A stretch of DNA of 64,000 nt, taken from the NCBI GenBank assembly GCA_002633005.1, contig NMRA01000397.1, positions 249,218-313,217 of the forward strand, read 5' to 3'. A model generated the notes under the pieces. It was not told the DNA's origin. It was given only the letters and a program-made list of their open reading frames with translations, and ran no database searches. Made by a program: the position numbers and the translations under genes. Source of the DNA: Phoronis australis (taxonomy: Eukaryota; Animalia; Phoronida). Shown here piece after piece: positions 40,101 to 54,500 of this stretch. Within the stretch, counting starts at the first letter, position 1, and each line of letters begins with the position of its first letter.

Positions 40101-43100
40101 GTGTAAATTGGCAGTAACCCCTCTTATACACAAAACTTGTTGCACTGATACTGAGAGTAAATTGGCAGTAGCCCTTCTTGTACACAAAACTTGTTGCACA
40201 GATACTGAGAGTACATTGGCAGTAACCCCTCTTATACACAAAACTTGCTGCACTGATACTGAGAGTAAATTGGCAGTAGACCCTCTTGCACACAAAACTT
40301 GTTGCACTGATATTGAGTGTAAATTGGCAGTAACCCCTCTTATACACAAAACTTGTTGCACTGATACTGAGAGTAAATTGGCAGTAGCCCTTCTTGTACA
40401 CAAAACTTGTTGCACAGATACTGAGAGTACATTGGCAGTAACCCCTCTTATACACAAAACTTGCTGCACTGATACTGAGAGTAAATTGGCAGTAGACCCT
40501 CTTGCACACAAAACTNAGTAAATTGGCAGTAACCGCTCTTGTACACAAAACTTGTTGCACTGATACTGAGAGTAAATTGGCAGTAGACCCTCTTGTACAC
40601 AAAACTTGTTGCACTGATACTGAGAGTAGTTTGGCAATAGACCCTCTTGTACACAGAACTTGTTGCACTGATACTCAGAGTAAATTGGCAGTAACCGCTC
40701 TTGTACACAAAACTTGTTGTACTGATACTGAGAGTAATTTGGCAGTAGACCCTCTTGTACACAAAAGTTGTTGCACTGCATGTGGAGAATTTCTCACTTA
40801 CTCTGGTCACCGCTCTGAGTCCCTAAGCACCAGACAACTTTTATGATCCCTATTCATCACTCCCTTTGTATTGATGTAGATCTGAGCTAATGAAGTGGAA
40901 GGTAATAGCTAGCACTACTTTCTTAACAAAGATGGTTGTAATTGCACCCAAGTTGCTTTTCTCTAGCACTTGCACAGAGTTAAAACCTGCAATATGGAGA
41001 ACAGTTTTAACTTTGTACATTTTAAATATTACAAAAAGACTAAAAGTTAATTTGCGTTGATCTTGACAAAGGGCCACTTCCCAAAGGAACGTTGGTTTTA
41101 AATATGTTTCATACCTGTTTTCATTACTTTATTTTAATTCTCTTGTCTACTTGCATTTTTTCTTACCAGTTAAGGTTGCTATCTTTTTATTCCGTGTTTA
41201 GCCGAATCATAAAAACAACTTAGAAGTCAGTTAATTGTGAACCCATCCCTGAATTTTCCAGATTATAGCTACACCAAACATGTCACAGCAAACAAAAGTC
41301 CACGTGCCATTAGTTCAAGTTCAACCTTTATTAGAACTCAAATCATAAAATTATTTGCAAATATGGTGATATCCAAACTGAATGGAACCTATGGACAATT
41401 TTGGTTGCAGTAACTGCATAACTATTCTAGCTTTTCCTCAGCCTAAAAAATGAAATCACAGCTCTCGCCCACCGACCAACCTCATCCACTGCTTGCACTC
41501 TCTCGATGACTACAAAGCTAGCAATCTTAGTTGTGTTTACAGGTGTTCCATTACAACTACAAGTTAACTATTGAAATTAGTGTATTTCCGCGAATAGTTG
41601 AATTTTTACGAAGGAAAATATGTTTGAAAACGGAAAAATGATGTTAACAAGACGAAAAAATGTCCCTCGTATGTTTTTAATGCAAATTAGTGCTGCCATT
41701 ACCGATTTTATGATACTTCGCAATATGTAGCAGGACTTGGACATAGGGCTTGCTCAATGGACGATAATGCAGACCTAAGATACAGGCCTTTTACTGGACC
41801 ACCCATATAACACCCTACAGTTCCACGGACAGTCAGGGAACATTAATTGACAAAGAACAATTACCCCCAAGATAACTAGGGATCTGTATTTTTATAAAAC
41901 ATCACATGAAATATGGTTGTGTTCACCTTTCAGCAACCTAACTTTATGGAAACTATGTGAGTCATACAATGCATTTTCCTTCCTCTGCACAAGAGGAGAG
42001 TTGAATTCAAGGATGACTAACATGAAGCAACCCTATTTGGAAAGGTTTGTTAAGATGGCTTTTTAGCACACTGTTTTACGTAACAATGCCAGGAATGATC
42101 TGTTTGAGGGTGGATATCATTGTCGATCACAGAAAGGAAATATTATATCTTGTTGGTATTGGTTAAGAAGGGAATTCTCTTTAACAATAAACATACCTCT
42201 CGTTTAGCTAGCAAAACATTTGGAACTATGTGAGGTAAGCAGCGGGCCAGCATGGTTACAACATTCTCACTTTGGCTGTCTGTTATCTTCAACACCTGTA
42301 ATAGAATGGTAAGTGATGTGTGCTACATGCTACATGCCTGGGCAACCACAACAGAAATTAATTGTAGTATTAAAAGAACAGGTGACTTCAAATTCACTGA
42401 GTGGCACTGGTGTGACAATGGTCCTACCTGTGAGAAATACATGTGTTCAGGTCAAGTGGGACCAATGGTAATGAACTGCTTTCTGCTCTTAACGTGTTCA
42501 AAAGAAAGACCTTATTAATCATAACAAAATCCATCGATATTGGGTTGAACATCGGCTCCAACCCCTCTCAAAACAATACAAACATCAAGTGAAATTCCCG
42601 TCATCAGATCATTAACAAAAAATTCCTTACATCAGATCAAAACATTCGCCTCAGTCTATACGATCAAGAATTTCTATCATGGTTTTAACCTCAGACAATC
42701 ACAAAAATGTCGCAATTTGAACCCACTGACTGAAGTCACCGCTGCCAGACACCAGAAACGTCACAAACTGGTTTACCCAATGATAAAGCATATCCTGTAT
42801 ACAGGAGTGCTGGAAGCAGCTTGCAATATTCCATCTTGCACATTGAAAACACAAACTAAAGAAAACGTCAGAGTGTCCCGCGGCAAACGCGTCCCAGTCA
42901 CTCAATAACTTTTTACACTCGCGACATTTAGCAACTGACGAGATATGAACGTGACGTATTTTGATTTGACAATAGACATTTAATTTGTTCTTCCTGGCAT
43001 CGACCATGGCCTTTACTCCTTGAAAAGAAAATCTCAAAATTATGAATCTCAACTGTAACAGAAGCAAAAGAAAAACATATAAGACTTTGATGTTCTTTTA

Positions 43101-46100
43101 AAGGATAACAAACCAGGCATCGCGACACTGAACAGCTACATTCCAAAAGTTTGTAGGCCAGGCTTGTAGGGGAACTTATTTTGCTGTCAGCGTTGTCCAT
43201 TGCATAGGTCTACACAATTACTAGATTCCAAGATCTCACGCAAATTTTATCATGAACTTTCCCCGACCTGGGTCCCAGCTGAATTAAATTATCAAACACA
43301 CATATTTTAATGTGACCTCTCATTGCGAGGCACATTTCAGTGTGGTTATCCCTCTTCAATAACTACACATCCCATGGACAACATTTATCAAGTTATCGAA
43401 TACACTTGTCTGATTTTCCGACAAGTGCTAGCTTAATTAGTCAATGTCATGTTTACCTATGAAAAACGAGAAACCAGGAATTATGACCCACCTATAGTTT
43501 AATTTATTTCTCAATATGATCTGACAAGGTACATATATCCGTATACAACATCCAGATGTCAGGATCAGAAAGCTGGCAATGACAGAAATCGTATCGTTTT
43601 GGCTGCAAATATTACATACCGTATTCGCCGTAATAACCGCCCAGGGCGCTTAGAAAAGTTCGGTTTAAGGGGGGCGCTTATTATAACCCAAGGCGGTTGA
43701 AACCCGGTCTCCGAAACGGGTGAAATCGGAAGCTAAGATTCATCAAATTTACGTTCTTTGACGTATCTGTAATCTATGAAAGACTTCCAACAAAACTGTG
43801 GTGCATTGCTATCAAACTTAGCTGCTAAATTACGATCATTTTACAGAAAATCGTGCTTAGGGGAATCCCAGGGCGAAAACTCGCCGACTGACTGCCTCAA
43901 AATCGCCGTCTTCGATATGGCGACTTCAATGCTTGAATAAAAATAGTTTCGACTCAAGCAAATTACCTGAAATCCTCATTAAGTTTTCTAAGTAGCGTCC
44001 CTATGACTTTTTTTAAGTTCCCGTGGAGTCTAGATTTACGGCAGTTTTAAGAACAAATCTGCGCAACATTGTGCCATCTACATGTATGATCGGCAACACG
44101 GCGAGAAAAATGTCTGGACGAACACACATGTTGTTGTCACGTGACGTTTGTTTTGAAGTTCGNNNNNNNNNNNNNNNNNNNNNNNNNNNNNNNNNNNNNN
44201 NNNNNNNNNNNNNNNNNNNNNNNNNNNNNNNNNNNNNNNNNNNNNNNNNNNNNNNNNNNNNNNNNNNNNNNNNNNNNNNNNNNNNNNNNNNNNNNNNNNN
44301 NNNNNNNNNNNNNNNNNNNNNNNNNNNNNNNNNNNNNNNNNNNNNNNNNNNNNNNNCGGTAGTCGGATCCGTCCGAAAGTTTGCACATGCCGTCCCATTC
44401 ATGAATGGAACATAGGTGCCAAATTTCATGAACGTATGTCAAAGGGTTTTGGAGATAGAGCAGCGGACGCCGGACGGACGCCGCCCGGACGGACGGACGG
44501 ACAGAGATGACGGCATAATGCGTCCACATATAAATATGTGGGCGCATAAAAAGGTGTTTTTAAGTAGCCTTGTAGGAAAATTTCAGTTTCAAAAATAGCT
44601 TTTCAAGTAAATGTTTCGTAATACCACAAAACTAATTAATGTTTCCTCGAAAATACTCAGTGATAGTGACAGGCGTACATAATAATAATAATGGGACAAT
44701 GGCATCGGAATTTTATGAAAGGAAGCCCACAAACCAGAAAAGGCCAAAATGTTACTTAGGACTTCTACAAGCCCATTCCAACAGACACTGTGCTCATACT
44801 CAGCAAGTCTACCAGCCTGCTTGAGGAATTTTGCAAGTGTTTTAACGTTTTTCTTAGGTATGTCACTCAGTTTTCACTGAAACTGCATTACTTCCAAAGC
44901 ATTCTTTTCTAATGCTTTGGTAAGTGAAACACCAACCGACACAGTAATAAAACTTGCTTCTAATACTTACTGCAATTGAGTTCTCATTCCTTCTGAAGCG
45001 AAAACTGGCAAAAAGAACCTGGTCGAAATTGCTACTGATCTCACTATAACTTAGCGTCAGTTTCCAAGAGGTACATAAGGTTCTCTAGGTATTGAGCCCT
45101 AGGTAATTTCCCCAGGCAAGACCACAAGGAAGACCCCAGGTAAATTATTGGATTAGCCACGCAGTTATGCTTTGTTGAATGCTGTGTTGCTGTTCCTTCT
45201 CTTACTGGTTGCTACCTTGAACCTGCTGAGCCTTTGTATAATTTCTTACCTCAGATGCAATTCTGTTGTCTTCTGACACCTGGAATGCCAATTTCATAAG
45301 TGCATCCTTGAATGTGTCGGACATGTTTCTGAAACAAAAAATAAACATGGCAGCTGACCAAAAATAAAACCACAAATGAAAGCACTCAGAAGAGCGACAC
45401 TTGGCGAAATCAAATGAAAATTTAGAGGTGAGGTAGACAATGAAACTAAGAACACCAACAACATGATACACCATTAAAATATTATTTGAGGAATTAGGTA
45501 ATACAGTCATCGAAAAACCTCATATAACTCGAAAAAGTAAGTGGTAGTGGGAAACCAAAAAAATGTAATGCAGAAAGCCTTTGAGATCTATTTACAAAAC
45601 AAATTAAATTCTGAAAAGGTTTGGTCAAAAGATGATGGAAATGATACAGAATGGCATTCACAGGAAGACATCCAACTGCATCAAAGCCGATGCAGACAAA
45701 AGACCACGCTACTCAGACCAAGAGAGAGGTACAACTCTGCCATCTGGTGGTTCAGAAGAAAAATAGAATTGCTCTCTGGTTGCCACTTCATGGTGGTTAC
45801 CAACTTCATCACCCGTTTTGGATACATTGAGACCTGCGACAACATTCATCCATTGTGCATACCCTCCAATCAAATCATCTCATCTGCTGCTCTGAACATA
45901 ACCCATTTGTTCCACAAAATTAGTAACTATCACCTCCATTACCCACCTTCCTGCAACATATGGTAATAAAATTGACAACTAACTTCTGCTCACCTATTGC
46001 ACGGTTGGCAAGTAATACTTTCGTGGTTCTGTTGTACATTAGAATCACTAGTTGTAACAGTTAAATTTTGTCCAACATTGTCACTGCACTCCCCAGTCAC

Positions 46101-49100
46101 GGAATTCACTTGATCTACATCCTCTCCATATGGCAATGACAGTTCAGTGTTTTCACTATCTGTCTGTGGCTTCACTTCAGCTATTTCATGTGCTTGTTGT
46201 TCATCACCATCCACAAGATCTACACGTTTTACCGAGTCTTTGTCCGATTCGCTGTTTTCTGAATTTTGTATTCTACTTATGTCCCTTATCTGCTGCTTCA
46301 TGGGTGTAGAAACTGGAGTAATGAATGGAGTGGACGTTTTCTTTTTTACCATTTCAAGTTCGCTACAATACAGAAAGTAATGTATTTAAAATATCTTGAC
46401 AAAATAAATGCAGAATTTTCAGCAGAGTAAATTTAATTAATCTAAACACAAACTGGCAAAAGACATTCAATAGTCATGTGACCTTTTTCATAAAAACCGA
46501 CAAAGACAAAACAACAAGTGTCATTTTGTGTGCTGAAGTATGATTAAATCTTCCTCAAATGTCAGACAATGGACAGAGATAATAATATTGCATGACCATA
46601 AAACTACAGCGGCTGATGGTATAATTCTACATACCTTTCCATTTCCTGAATCTGTTCATGTAACAGTCTATTTTCTCCATTCAACCTGGCTATTAGGGTA
46701 TCCATGGCATCAATTTGTTCCTCCTGAACATAAAACACAAACACTTACTAGGGTTTTCCGTAGATAAGCCCACCCGATGAAACGCTCATGTGTGTTTATA
46801 CAGAAAATTATGCCAAACACACGCCCATGGGCATTTATTTGTTGTGACAACTTGTGGTGTCAAGTGTCCAGATATTGCGATGTTTATTTGGAAATTTTCC
46901 TCACAAAAGCCTACTCAGCGTCAACTTTTTCTCACAAATTCAGTTTTGTGGAGCATTTATCAGTTATAAAAACAAACAAGGCATTGGCGAACTATGCATT
47001 CATTAACAAAAAAATTAAAAATGCAGTTCAATGAGAAAAGTGTCAAGTGAAGCAAAACTACATGTATGGCTTTCCGTTTACACTTTTCTAAATAGATGTC
47101 CGAGCATTTACTTGGTGTTGCTAAAATGCCTGAAAATTTTCATTTTCCATATACACGCCCATGGGCTTTTCTAAGAAAATTCCAGGTAATGATTAAAAAT
47201 TAAGGTCACACAGCATTCAGCATTGAAATGCACTGCATACGGTTAGCTTGTGGGAGTGTTTATCTGCATCACAAATAAATATACTGCGGAGGGTTTGGGA
47301 GATACTGCCATAGATATGCAAAAAAACTGCTACTAGGAGGCGCCACAGTAGTCCAAGTCATCCAAAAGTCATCATCATCCAGCCTCTTCACAATATAAAC
47401 ATAACACTAATTATCAAAATCGTCCTCAGTGTTTGGTTGATAGAAGGGTGGATGCCAAAAAACAGATCACAAAGCAGTGAAAATGTCCACTAGATGGTGC
47501 AACATATGTCGAATCCATCCGAAAACAAGAAAATGTCATTATTTTTTTAACGGAAATCTATTTACCAAATGTCATAAGAATCTGTCAAGGAACTTCAGAG
47601 AAACACAGAATAACGGAAAAATGACATTGCCACAAGGGGACACACGGGTAGTCCGATCCATCCAAAATTCATCGTTTTAAAGTGTCAATTGCATACAAAT
47701 TACACATACTAAATTTAGTAGAGAGGAGATAAAGCCATGGGCGCAGCAGGCACATATGTCAATTTCCAAAACCATCCTTAGAATAGTTTGATTGACAGAG
47801 TGGCAAACGCCCAAAAAAGACCCGAAAACAGTAAAAATGGCCACTAAGTAGCGCAAAATACCTCAAACCATCCGAAAATGGGAGGGTAGCCTCAACTCAT
47901 TTATAGATACCTATCAGCCAAATTTTATGAAAATTCCGTTGAGGACCTTTGAAGATACTAAGGTAAACATAAAAACTAAAATTGCCACTCGGTATGCCAA
48001 CCTGTCCAAAAGTCGTCGTGTTCTGTTGTCAACTTCATGTAATTACACATGCTAAATTTAATAAAGAACTGATGAAATTTTGGCACCCAACTTAAACTTG
48101 GTTGTTTTGGGCAACTGGGTAACCGCTAAGGTATATGCCATATACCCATTACATAGAGTTGCCAGATCTGAGGGTTACACTCACCAAATCTTTCTTAGTT
48201 TCCTCAAACTCTCTCTCTACTTTGTGTAGCACTGCTGTGTCGAAGTCCACACCACAGCTAATGTCTCGTACCTCCTTTGTCGGTATCATGTGGTTACCAT
48301 AATCTCGATACAGATGGAAAAGATCTGGAGGCTTGGGAATGTTCAGGCCAACATCATCCCAGTCATCAAAGTCCTGGTGCAGACAAAAGAAGTCTAGCGA
48401 CTACATAACTGGTGTACTTTAAGTCAGATTTCATGCATTTTCAGAAACCCAAAAATTCTAAGTAAGACAAAACAAGTTTGAGGCGTCTCAAAACGCCAAC
48501 ACGACAAGGGAACGCTTACAGACCTTGCTATACCAAGACTAGACTAGGCGCTTTGTCCATACAGTCTCTTAGGACATCAAAGAATTCTGGAGACAGCAAT
48601 TAAGCCTATTCATAAAGACACACCAATCAACAAAAAGCACAACCTACTCTAGTAAAATTTGCCACTCAATGTCATCGTCAAGAGGTATTTTCACAGAAGA
48701 AAAGTCTAAAAGTTTCTCATATCAGAACATCTCACTGTGGAGAGTTATCATCTCATGAGTTAAGCCTACAAAAAAAAACAAAACGTAAAGAGTGCGTGGT
48801 CAAAAGACGGGTCAGAGAGATTTTGTCTTGTTGACTGACAATACTGTGTAACTGAAAACAGACTGTGATGATGTGTAGTTCTCCTTCGGAGCCCTATATT
48901 ATATAACAATTAAGTGAAACTAAATACAACACTGAAGGTGTGTAGTTCATGTTTGCACTTGTAGAGTAAAAACTACTGACTCCTGAGCAAAATGTCGATA
49001 TGTGTGTATTGCGTCATTGTGATCCTTTTCCCCTTGCGTGTGCGTGTGTTTACAGACGATTTACTCACACATGTACGGCAAAAATTCTCGAATTTAGGAC

Positions 49101-51536
49101 AGTCACTGAAAAAATAAATACTTTGAATCTGTCCTAAATTTTAGAAAAAGGCAATATTGGCATCCAAAATTCTGTAAAAAAGATGGAAAAACAACAGTGT
49201 TCGAAATCTTAGAACTCAGACATGTGATCAGTTGACAATGTTTTGATTTGTGGTTTTAGACAGTTTGAACAGCTGTGCAGATTTGTGATCGTTATTGATG
49301 ACAAGAAATTCACACAATGTCCACAAAAACATAAACAGGGATGTTACTGACTATGAATGCAATCGAATTAGTTACCAAATTTTGTGATAGGAAATACAAA
49401 AAATTCATATATATCTGTCGTGTAACATGCCTTGATTGATTATTCGCAATACGTCTTCATGTTAAACTGTTCGCACACCAAACACAGACGACGCAACTGC
49501 AGTGTAACGCTGGTTTGTTTCTGAGGCAGCACATGCGACATAATTGTGAGTCACTCAAACAGACCTTAGGAATTTTTACCGTACTTATAATTTATTCACA
49601 TCATTGCCAAGGATTCATATTTCACACATGCATCCACACTTCTCTAGAATATTGCGGTGGTTAATGTTATGTTTATATCCCTGAATGTCCAAGGTATAAA
49701 ATCAGTGGCAAAAAATTTACAACTTTTTAAGTGGTTGAAATCAAGAAGATATGACGTCATATATTAACAAGAATTATACAGCACCAGGGAATCTATTGCT
49801 AGATAGGAATGTGAATGGGGTGGCACCATTATTGCAAGCCCTGAGACAAACCTGATAGTAAATGGACTCTTATTTTACTCCGCCCTTTTTTGAATTTTGA
49901 AATAATTTCATCCATGAATGACACAGATGGGAGGTATAATTTATTTATTACAGACTTTTATAAGAACCCTTTATTCTGCTTAACGCATACTTCCCAGGGA
50001 AAAATCTTAATTCGTCACAAAGCCGTGCACTGCGAGTATCAAAGTCAGACAATAATTCCCCTGAATTCATTTCAAAGTTTGTGTTGACTTCCAAACTTTA
50101 AGTTACTAACAGTTTTCCTAGATGTATTACCTTTCATTCACAATTGTTCCATTTATTTCGTGAAATCAGTGCATTTGCCATCACAGCAGTCAGCACACAT
50201 CAACCACGCGCTTAAATTACAACAGGAAGCAAACAGATGGCAGTCTGAAATGTTCAGCAAAAATCAGGCAAGATCGGTGAAACCATGGCAAACTAATGTT
50301 AACACAACCTATATCAGGACAAAGTTATAAACAAACCTGGTCTTCATTTTCTTCAGAAAATGTCACTGCCGTAAGCTTGTAGTTGTGCACTAATAAGTAT
50401 TCATTAATCAGGAAGTTCAAAGCTCTCATTTCATGTGGTTTTATATCCACACATGTTGGCTTTTCTTCTTCAGACTTGCGTTCTGGGGCAGACGATTCAT
50501 TTTCTGAAATCAAACATGCCAACACCTACACAACCTGCTTCACTTTCAAATATACAAAATGCGTATGGATAATCTCATTGCCAACATTCGCACCAATTTT
50601 TGTCTTACGAATACATTTCTTCTCTCATGTACAACAGTTACTTTAAAATTAACATTTGATAACTTCTCACCAACACAAATGCCTGTCAGTACAGTGTTTA
50701 TAAGAACCATAGCTTGTGAGAAAAGGAATCTCATTCAAGGATTAAAAATTTTTTTGTTCGACATTTTTTTATTTATCATTATGTTAGGATCAGTCTAGTG
50801 CGGTAGCAGCACTTCATTGACACAAACTTGGTCGAAGGCTCAGCTGTACTTTTTGTTTGACAGCTTAACAATACTTGCTCATAGTCTCTACGCAATCTCC
50901 TATCTTCAGGTGTGCAGTTATGAAGCAAAACACCAAGGACACATAACAGACAAACAAGTTAAAACCGTTTCTATATTTCGAGACCGTATCAAGCAATAGG
51001 TGAAATGAATGCGGAAACGAAATAAACAGTGAAATAAACAGTGACAACAGGTAGGACATGCAAGCAGGTTGTTTATCACACAATGGGAAGCCCACAAGCC
51101 TAACAGAGTCTCTTTAAATAGTCATGAAAATCTGAGCAGCTCACAGGCATGCGATAAACACCTGTGAGCTGCTCAGGTTTTCCATGACTGACCAACAGAG
51201 ATGGAGTCTCTGGCTGGCCCTGTTCTGTCAGGCTTGTAGGCTCCCCATCATGTGATACACTCCCTGCTTGCATGCCCTTCTAGCTGCATCCACGATTTAT
51301 TTCACAATTTTGCTTCTACGTTCATTTTACCTAATGTCTGATGAGACATGTGGTCTCGAAATGTAGCAACTATTTTTATTAACTTGTTTGTCCATTATGT
51401 CTCATGGTGTTTTGGTTCACAACTACGCCCCTGAAGATAGGAGATTGTACAGAGATTATGAGCAAGTATATATAAAGGTAAAAGTACAGCAGCGGCTTCC
51501 ACCAAGTTTGCATTATGTTAGGAAGAATGCCTGTGC

Positions 51537-51578
<42 letters not shown>

Positions 51579-54500
51579 CTCGACAGAGCAAGCTTAGCTA
51601 CCATGACATCACTGTTACCAGTTTTATCATGTTTCAGGTCTTGAAAAATAAGCTGAAAATACCAGTGAATAAACATAACACATCGCTTTCACTATGCCAT
51701 TTTTATGTTAGAAATACTTGAGAATGGAATTAAGCTAAAAGTAAGATAAAAAATAGGAAAGACGGAGTCTAGTAACTCACTAATGGAAAACATCACATTA
51801 CCTGAATGAGGATAATATTGAACAATACTTACCAGTAACAACTGTTAAATTGGCTCGCAAAGATTTGATTGTTTCTTGTGCTTTCCTGAGTTCAAACTCC
51901 AGAACTAAAACAGACCGGCACTCTATTGATAGTAAACAACTACAGCACCTTGTTCATAATTTACTACACAGAAATTGTGTAAACTAATATCAAACAGATC
52001 CCAAGAATTACGGGAATATTTTCTGCATGTATTGAAAATTAGTTTGTTCAACACAAGCAGTGCTGCACAAAAATAGTTTCATCAACCATAATTTGAAAAT
52101 TGACTCAAAAAAGGTATCGGCTCAAATTAATGAATGTTGAATTGATCACATTAAATGGTTTATGCTGCTTTGTGTGACTTGAATTAGTGTTTTACGTTCC
52201 AACCAACCAAAACCTATATCCACAGATACCTGCCACCCTATCCTCTTGTCTGTCACCATCGTCCGAGTACCTGGCCCAGTCCAATGAGTCAAACGTTTGG
52301 CAACTGGGTGTCCGCCCTAAGACAACAATGACAACAAAGGTCAAATGAGTCTTCTGCCCAGTTAGTAACATTTAGCAAATGTTCCACACTCTTTAGCCAA
52401 TGGACTGAGTTGATAGATTGTTGGACTTGTATCCGTACCATATGATTAACCTTGTGCAGTTGATTGGTACCAAATGCTACTTCTACACATATCTTCGACG
52501 AAGCTTAATTACAAGAATTAAGGTGACTTTGGCAAAGAATTCCAACTCCACTTTTTTGTCACCGTTAACTTTTTCACTACGTGCGCGATAACCACAAAGT
52601 ATTTCAACTGAGTCACGTGAGTTAGGCAAAGGCTAGCGCCAGATTGAGCGAAGTGCGTGACGCTGGCACGTGAGCCGTGACATTTGCAAACTAGCAGGTG
52701 AAATTTGTAAGATTTGTGTCCTTTGGACTTTTTATTCATCAACATGCTTACATGCGTGATTTCACATAACTTCCTCAAAATGGCACTTGGTAAGAGAAAC
52801 TCTATCAAACTGCGACAGATTTTCATCGATTTGTTCAAATTATCTTGACTGAATCGTCTCCAGACTTATGGTATGAGTTAATTATAACTCCAAGTGCATA
52901 TACGCAAGTTGCATTTGATTTGATTTCCCATATTTTGAAATTTGTAACTTTCTTTGGGGATGTACTTTCCGCCCTGAATGACTGCGGTATCCAGAGTGAT
53001 GTACCGTATTCGCCGTCCGCCCAGGCCTCTATAAGCACCCCCCCAAGCGTTTCAGACTTTCCTAAAATAAGCGCCCAGTCCATGAACGCGTACGTGCAAA
53101 ATATGCCTTACCTACAGTCATAAAATTCTACAGTAACGTCTTCAATTTATCAATAATATCTGACAGTCCTGAAAAAATCATTGTGCCCAGAATTTGTAGA
53201 CCACGAGCTTCGCTGTTATGTCGGTATTTAGCTGTGACTATACACTTCAAACTTCCGCCATGCCTCAAAACGAACACAAAAGTTTTGCTGATCTTGCAAG
53301 GACTGGGGGCCTTTCAAAACAGACGTAGTGTACTTGTCTACGGAATTGCCTTGTAGATATTTCCCGCTTTCAACAGGAATCCAAATTTCTCTGTACACGT
53401 GAAAACCGCAAATCGAAGACTAATAAAAAGCTTGGCCAGGGTTAAAAGCACGCGTGCTACATACATGAACCTGTCATCAAAGACATTAGTTGGGAACTAT
53501 CCATTCATGAAACGGGTAGCATAGCATTGGCAAAAAATGAATATTGGCACTAATTTCCGACAGTTTCTAATATTATAAAAATGTTTCCGTTATTTTTAAG
53601 ATGGATTGTTTTATTAACCATAACTGATGTTTCTAAGCCAAATATCCGATAAAATGACCACTGACAGTGAACGCTTACAGACCCTTACACCGAAAAATAA
53701 CTGTCAGATAGTCACGTACGCATCCAGCCACACGGCGACTAATATGGGCTTTACCGAGACAAATGTCGAACGTTTTTAGCACATGAGACCGGCAAGCGCC
53801 TCTGCTTGTGCAAATTTCTTTAGATACAATGCACATCTAGCTTGTTATATTGCGTGGTTCTGGCCAAAAGACTCTGCTCTGGCAAAATGAACTCTGGTGA
53901 CACGACACGCATGTGCTCGCTTACTCACAAACGAAGACAAACTTCAAAACAAACGTCACGTAACATGTGTGTTCGTCCAGACATTTTTCTCGTGTTACCG
54001 AACATACATGTATATGGCACGATGTAGCACAGATTTGTACTTAAACCTGCCATTAATCCCGACTCCACGGGATCTTAAAAATCTTAGGGACACTACTTGG
54101 AAAACTCAAGGAGGATTTCAGGTAATTTGCTTAAATCGAAACTGTATTTTTATTCAAGCATTCAAGTTGCCATATCGACGATTGCGAGGCAGTCAGTCGG
54201 CGAGTTTTCGCCCTGGGATGTCAGCACAATTTTCTGTAAAATGACCGTAATTTAGCAGCAAATTTTGATAGCAATGCACCACGGTTTTGTAGAAAGTCTT
54301 TCGTAGATTACAGATACGTCACAGAGCGTAAATATGATGAATCTTAGCTTCCGATTTCACTCGTTTCGGAGACCGGGTTTCAACCGCCTTTAGGCAATGA
54401 CCATCGCCTCTGTTGGCCTGAACCAGAGGCGATGCAGAGGCTATAGGCGCTCTGTATGCCAGAAGTTTTTCGGCGAATTATGCCTCGCACCGAGTTGGAA

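Noticed and set aside
39385-40778. CRISPR-like appearance of the array
   Set aside because: Pure tandem monomers with no unique spacers, no cas genes, eukaryotic intron context
39331-40846. Long ORFs of 371-467 aa on both strands
   Set aside because: They arise from a 54-bp (multiple of 3) minisatellite that is open in several frames, inside a RELCH intron, with no unique coding flanks
44013-44598. ORFs spanning the N run
   Set aside because: Artefacts of the assembly gap and flanking repeats
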